A stretch of DNA of 62,950 bases, counting the filler. It is 3 parts of 3 records of this genome, joined end to end, with 100 filler letters (N's around TTAATTAATTAA, not from the genome) between each part and the next. Parts side by side here need not be neighbours in the genome. Positions count along the whole stretch, not along the records: positions 41,524 to 62,950 come from SRR22947725_1020; 2 more parts are not named here. One strand, 5' to 3'. Every line of letters begins with the position of its first letter. The first letter of the stretch is position 1. The notes under the pieces were generated by a model. That model had not been told where the DNA came from, did not search any database, and saw nothing but the letters and a program-made list of their open reading frames with translations. This document shows, piece after piece, positions 59,633 through 62,950 of this stretch. The translations under genes and the position numbers were made by a program.

Positions 59633-60537
59633 TTTGGTAACCGTTTTACTAAATTTAGTTTTTTACGAGTTTCTTCAGGGTTCATGATAGAACTACCCAT
59701 AGCTTCTATTATTGTTACAGCGCGTTCCACTAATGCCTCATTGGTAGCTAATTGGCCCTTCGCCAACCATAGATTATCTTCTAAACCAACACGCACATTT
59801 CCACCTGCTAAAATTGATGCTGCTACATATGGTAATTCATTGCGGCCAATGGAAAATGCAGACCAGTTCCAATCATTTGGTACATTGTTCACCATAGCCA
59901 TGAATGTATTTAAATCATCCGGAGCACCCCAAGGTATACCCATGCATAATTGAACAAGTGCTGGAGATTTTAGTATTCCTTTTTCTACTAAATTTTTGGC
60001 TAGCCATAAATGCCCAGTATCAAATGCTTCAATTTCTGGCTTTACCCCAAAGCTTTCCATCATCGACCCCATGGCTTCCAACATTCCAGGAGTATTTGTC
60101 ATCACATAGTCTGCTTCTGCAAAGTTCATTGTTCCACAATCTAGGGTACAAATTTCGGGCAAACATTCGGCTATATGTGCTACGCGATCTTCTGCACTCG
60201 CCATATCTGTTGAATTCGAAAGTGGTAATGGACTGTCTGGAGTTCCAAAAACCATATCACCACCCATACCTGCTGTAAGATTTAGAATCATATCAACCTC
60301 AGAGTCTCTAATTCGGTCAGTGACTTCCCGATAAAGCTTTAAGTCTCGTGATGGCACACCTGTTTCAGGATCCCTGACATGGCAATGAACAATTGCAGCG
60401 CCAGCTTTTGCAGCTGCTATAGCACTTTCAGCGATTTCTTTTGGGCTTCTTGGCACATGAGGGCTTCGGTCCTGTGAGCTTCCAGAGCCAGTAATTGCGC
60501 AAGTGATGAATACTTTTGAGTTCATTGATAGGGGCAT
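59629..60537 (-). CDS. cdhC: Beta-keto acid cleavage enzyme (BKACE), 3-dehydrocarnitine cleavage type
   Basis: CAITG, HCHVRDP (metal His), NLTAGMGGD, PEIEAFD, VRVGLEDN; first gene of the carnitine operon. Confidence 0.85.
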   Translation of the reverse strand: MPLSMNSKVFITCAITGSGSSQDRSPHVPRSPKEIAESAIAAAKAGAAIVHCHVRDPETGVPSRDLKLYREVTDRIRDSEVDMILNLTAGMGGDMVFGTPDSPLPLSNSTDMASAEDRVAHIAECLPEICTLDCGTMNFAEADYVMTNTPGMLEAMGSMMESFGVKPEIEAFDTGHLWLAKNLVEKGILKSPALVQLCMGIPWGAPDDLNTFMAMVNNVPNDWNWSAFSIGRNELPYVAASILAGGNVRVGLEDNLWLAKGQLATNEALVERAVTIIEAMGSSIMNPEETRKKLNLVKRLPK

Positions 60538-60612
60538 AATAATATCCTTTGATTATTATAAATTATCGTAATCCTCTTGCATTAAGTATGTATGCACTAT
60601 TAGACATAATAT

Positions 60613-61569
60613 ATGCACAATTTACCAACGCACAAATCTTTTCCCATTACTATCGATTTTTTAGTTTATGATCGGTTTTCAAATCATTGTATGGCAAACT
60701 GTTTGGAGCCTTTCAGAGCAGCAAACACCCTAAGCGCAAATAATGTTTATGAATGGAACTTTGTAACACTTGATGGATTATCTGTTCAAAGCTCTAGTGA
60801 ATTGACACTAATGCCAGATCAAAAGTTTGGTGAAACTAAACGAGCAGATTTTTTATTTATTATAGCTTCATATGATTTTCGCAGACATGATAGTGTGGCT
60901 TCAAGGCGAGCACTTCGAGCAGCAATGAAGCGATATAAAAATATTTTAGGATTAGATTCGGGTCCATGGATGATGGCTGGGGCTGGTATACTAGATAATC
61001 ATCGTGCAACAACACATTGGGATATCATTGATGAATTTTCTGAAGAATTTGTAGAGGTTAATGTAGAACGTCAAAAATATATTTTTGATGGGCATATAGG
61101 GACTTGTGGAGGAGGAATGGCTGCTTTCGACTTAAGTCTATCAATTATAAGAGAAATTAATGGTGTCACAGTTGCATTGGATGTTGCTTCTATATTTTTA
61201 AGTGGAACTAATTTACCTCAAGAATATAGAGCAAATACTGTTTCTAAGATTCAAGAAGTACAAAAAGCTTTGGAAATAATGCATGAAAACATTGAAGACA
61301 TCTTAACAATACCGAATATTGCAAACAAAATTGGTATTAGTTCCAAACAATTGCATAGATTTTTTCTAAAAGACCTAGCCCAGTCACCAAAGCAAGTTTA
61401 TTTGAATACAAGATTGTCATTTGGTCGGCATCTATTGCAAGCAACACAAAAACCTATCAATGAAGTTGCCTTAAGGTCTGGTTATGAAAATGTCAGTGCT
61501 TTCTCTCGTGCTTTCAAAACGCGTTTTGATAAAACTCCTAGTGACTATAGAAATCATTTTTTAAGTTAG
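60613..61569 (+). CDS. cdhR: GlxA/GATR family AraC regulator (CdhR-like)
   Basis: N-terminal DJ-1/GATase-like domain (EPFRAAN, ATTHW, TCGGG) and C-terminal AraC HTH (VALRSGY..VSAFSRAFK.RF..TPS.YR); divergent from the carnitine operon. Confidence 0.75.
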   Translation: MHNLPTHKSFPITIDFLVYDRFSNHCMANCLEPFRAANTLSANNVYEWNFVTLDGLSVQSSSELTLMPDQKFGETKRADFLFIIASYDFRRHDSVASRRALRAAMKRYKNILGLDSGPWMMAGAGILDNHRATTHWDIIDEFSEEFVEVNVERQKYIFDGHIGTCGGGMAAFDLSLSIIREINGVTVALDVASIFLSGTNLPQEYRANTVSKIQEVQKALEIMHENIEDILTIPNIANKIGISSKQLHRFFLKDLAQSPKQVYLNTRLSFGRHLLQATQKPINEVALRSGYENVSAFSRAFKTRFDKTPSDYRNHFLS

Positions 61570-62780
61570 CGAAAATCTTTTGGTTTAATATTGTAGCGAG
61601 CCAAACGGTCATAAAAAGTTTTACGAGGCAAGCCTAATTTGGTTGATGCTAATGCTGCTTTACCTTTTGTTTTTCTGAGTGTTTCACATAATACTAAAGC
61701 TTCAAAATTATAAAGTTGATCTGCTAGAGTTTCCTCTTCTTTTGGATAGGAAAGGCCAATCTTAAGTAAAAATTTTCGTGCAAAGGTACGAAGTTGTGGA
61801 ATATTCCCCTCCCAACTTTTTGACATAATTTCTGCGTATATTTTTTGAGGAATATTTGGCATATCTAAATTTAAGTTTCTAACCTCTTGTCTAAGAACCT
61901 GCTCAAATAATATTGGTAAATCTTTACGTCTTGTACGTAAGTTTGGTATTGATATTTCTACTGGTTCTAAAGCTTCAAATAATTTTTTGATTTTTATATC
62001 TTCAGTTAATTTCAAAAATGGTAGTCTGCTTGAGATAAGTATTCGTATATCCTGGTTGTGGATTATAATACTTTTTAATACTTCATAATCACTTTCTTTA
62101 GCTAAATGAAGTGATTGTATAGACAGGTTCATTACATTTTTTGATTTAAGTATTTTATCTAGAGAATTTGTTGATGAGGCAAAATTATGAGATCTAAATA
62201 TTGTATTTTCTCTACCTAATGTATGAAGTGTAAATGCTGCAAGTTTTTTACCTACACCTTCTTCACCAGAAATTAGGATGTGTGATGATATTGGCCCAAG
62301 TTTTCTTAATAAATTTTGTAAAGTTTTACTTGGTTTTGATTGGCCAGGAAAATTTAATACAGCTGGATCGTTTCGTTGAATTTCTCGTTCTAACTTTCGT
62401 TTTTGCAGTATGATATTTCTATATTCAAAAGCACGATGAATTGTTTCCATAAGCTTATCTCTTGGGCAAGGTTTTTCTAAGAAATCATAGGCGCCACTTT
62501 TAAGTGCCTTTAATGCCATTGGAACATCTGCTTCTCCTGTAAGCATTATTGTTGGCAACTCATTATCTACAGATTGCACATGGGATAAAACGTCAAAGCC
62601 ATCGTTTATGGGCATTCGGATATCAGATATAATGATCCCTGGAAAATTTGCACGAATGTTTCGTTTAGCCTGCATCAGACTATTTGCTGCAATAACTATA
62701 ATATCTTCAAGGTCTAAGGTTTGAGCTAAGGATACTCGCATTGCATCATCGTCTTCAATTAAAATGACTTGTTTGTTCAT
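61566..62780 (-). CDS. dctD: DctD/NtrC-like response regulator with a degenerate AAA+ domain
   Basis: Receiver EDD...SDIRMP...LTG...EKP; GEEGVGK; W.GN..QLR; Fis-type HTH LGLPRKTFYDRL. Confidence 0.75.
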   Translation of the reverse strand: MNKQVILIEDDDAMRVSLAQTLDLEDIIVIAANSLMQAKRNIRANFPGIIISDIRMPINDGFDVLSHVQSVDNELPTIMLTGEADVPMALKALKSGAYDFLEKPCPRDKLMETIHRAFEYRNIILQKRKLEREIQRNDPAVLNFPGQSKPSKTLQNLLRKLGPISSHILISGEEGVGKKLAAFTLHTLGRENTIFRSHNFASSTNSLDKILKSKNVMNLSIQSLHLAKESDYEVLKSIIIHNQDIRILISSRLPFLKLTEDIKIKKLFEALEPVEISIPNLRTRRKDLPILFEQVLRQEVRNLNLDMPNIPQKIYAEIMSKSWEGNIPQLRTFARKFLLKIGLSYPKEEETLADQLYNFEALVLCETLRKTKGKAALASTKLGLPRKTFYDRLARYNIKPKDFR

Positions 62781-62950
62781 GACAACATTTTACCATCAAA
62801 TTTACGAAGTTTAATTATGAACTCTGCACCACCAGATTTGCGATTTTTACAATTCATTTCTCCACCAAAACTTCCCACAATTCCATATGAAATTGAAAGA
62901 CCTAAGCCCATACCTTTGCTCGAACCAATTTCTTTTGTACTGTAAAATGG
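62777..62950 (-). CDS. Sensor histidine kinase (DctB-like), C-terminal HATPase end, 5' cut by window edge
   Basis: Hand translation PFYSTKEIGSSKGMGLGLSISYGIVGSFGG...GGAEF...LS* shows F and G2 boxes; ATGA overlap with dctD. Too short to appear in the ORF track. Confidence 0.88.
   Translation of the reverse strand, partial: PFYSTKEIGSSKGMGLGLSISYGIVGSFGGEMNCKNRKSGGAEFIIKLRKFDGKMLS

Noticed and set aside
1-62950. tRNA, rRNA, CRISPR, IS, prophage or defence genes
   Set aside because: Intergenic gaps are short, and I saw no cloverleaf, repeat-spacer array, terminal inverted repeats or matching protein motifs. This was a manual read; tRNAscan-SE and cmscan would be needed to confirm.

Overview
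The window is not one continuous locus. It holds three contigs joined by two identical 100-nt artificial spacers (44 N + TTAATTAATTAA + 44 N, at 28814-28913 and 41424-41523). The three pieces differ clearly in base composition, estimated by eye at roughly 30%, 50% and 35% GC, so they probably come from different marine Alphaproteobacteria. Contig 1 (1-28813) is a dense, AT-rich housekeeping block (cox3-SURF1-thrC, ispH-thrB-rnhA, F0 ATP synthase genes, smc, mutY, purH, rsmB, pgi). It also carries a probable oxalate-CoA ligase plus PanE2-type oxalyl-CoA reductase pair. Contig 2 (28914-41423) holds an RND pump, an amidase, frmA, an ectoine-hydrolase (DoeA/EutD)-like gene coupled to an ArgE-type deacetylase and an EamA transporter, then gcdH, rpe, yqjG and trhO. 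Contig 3 (41524-62950) is the most interesting: a cluster for catabolising methylated osmolytes. It contains an orphan ABC transporter with a SAR11_1068/PheC-like binding protein and a permease bearing a lipobox, and stcD/hpbA. Next is dmdA, divergent from a metY - alpha/beta hydrolase - FadN-like - dmdB operon that lacks dmdC and dmdD. Last is a gamma-butyrobetaine/carnitine operon with an extra SDR and its GlxA-type regulator. The best candidate for an undescribed system is the dmdA/metY-hydrolase-FadN-dmdB unit, which may be a non-canonical DMSP demethiolation route with local methanethiol capture. I found no rRNA, tRNA, CRISPR array, transposase, integrase or phage gene. All product calls rest on motif recognition and recalled family knowledge, not on database searches.
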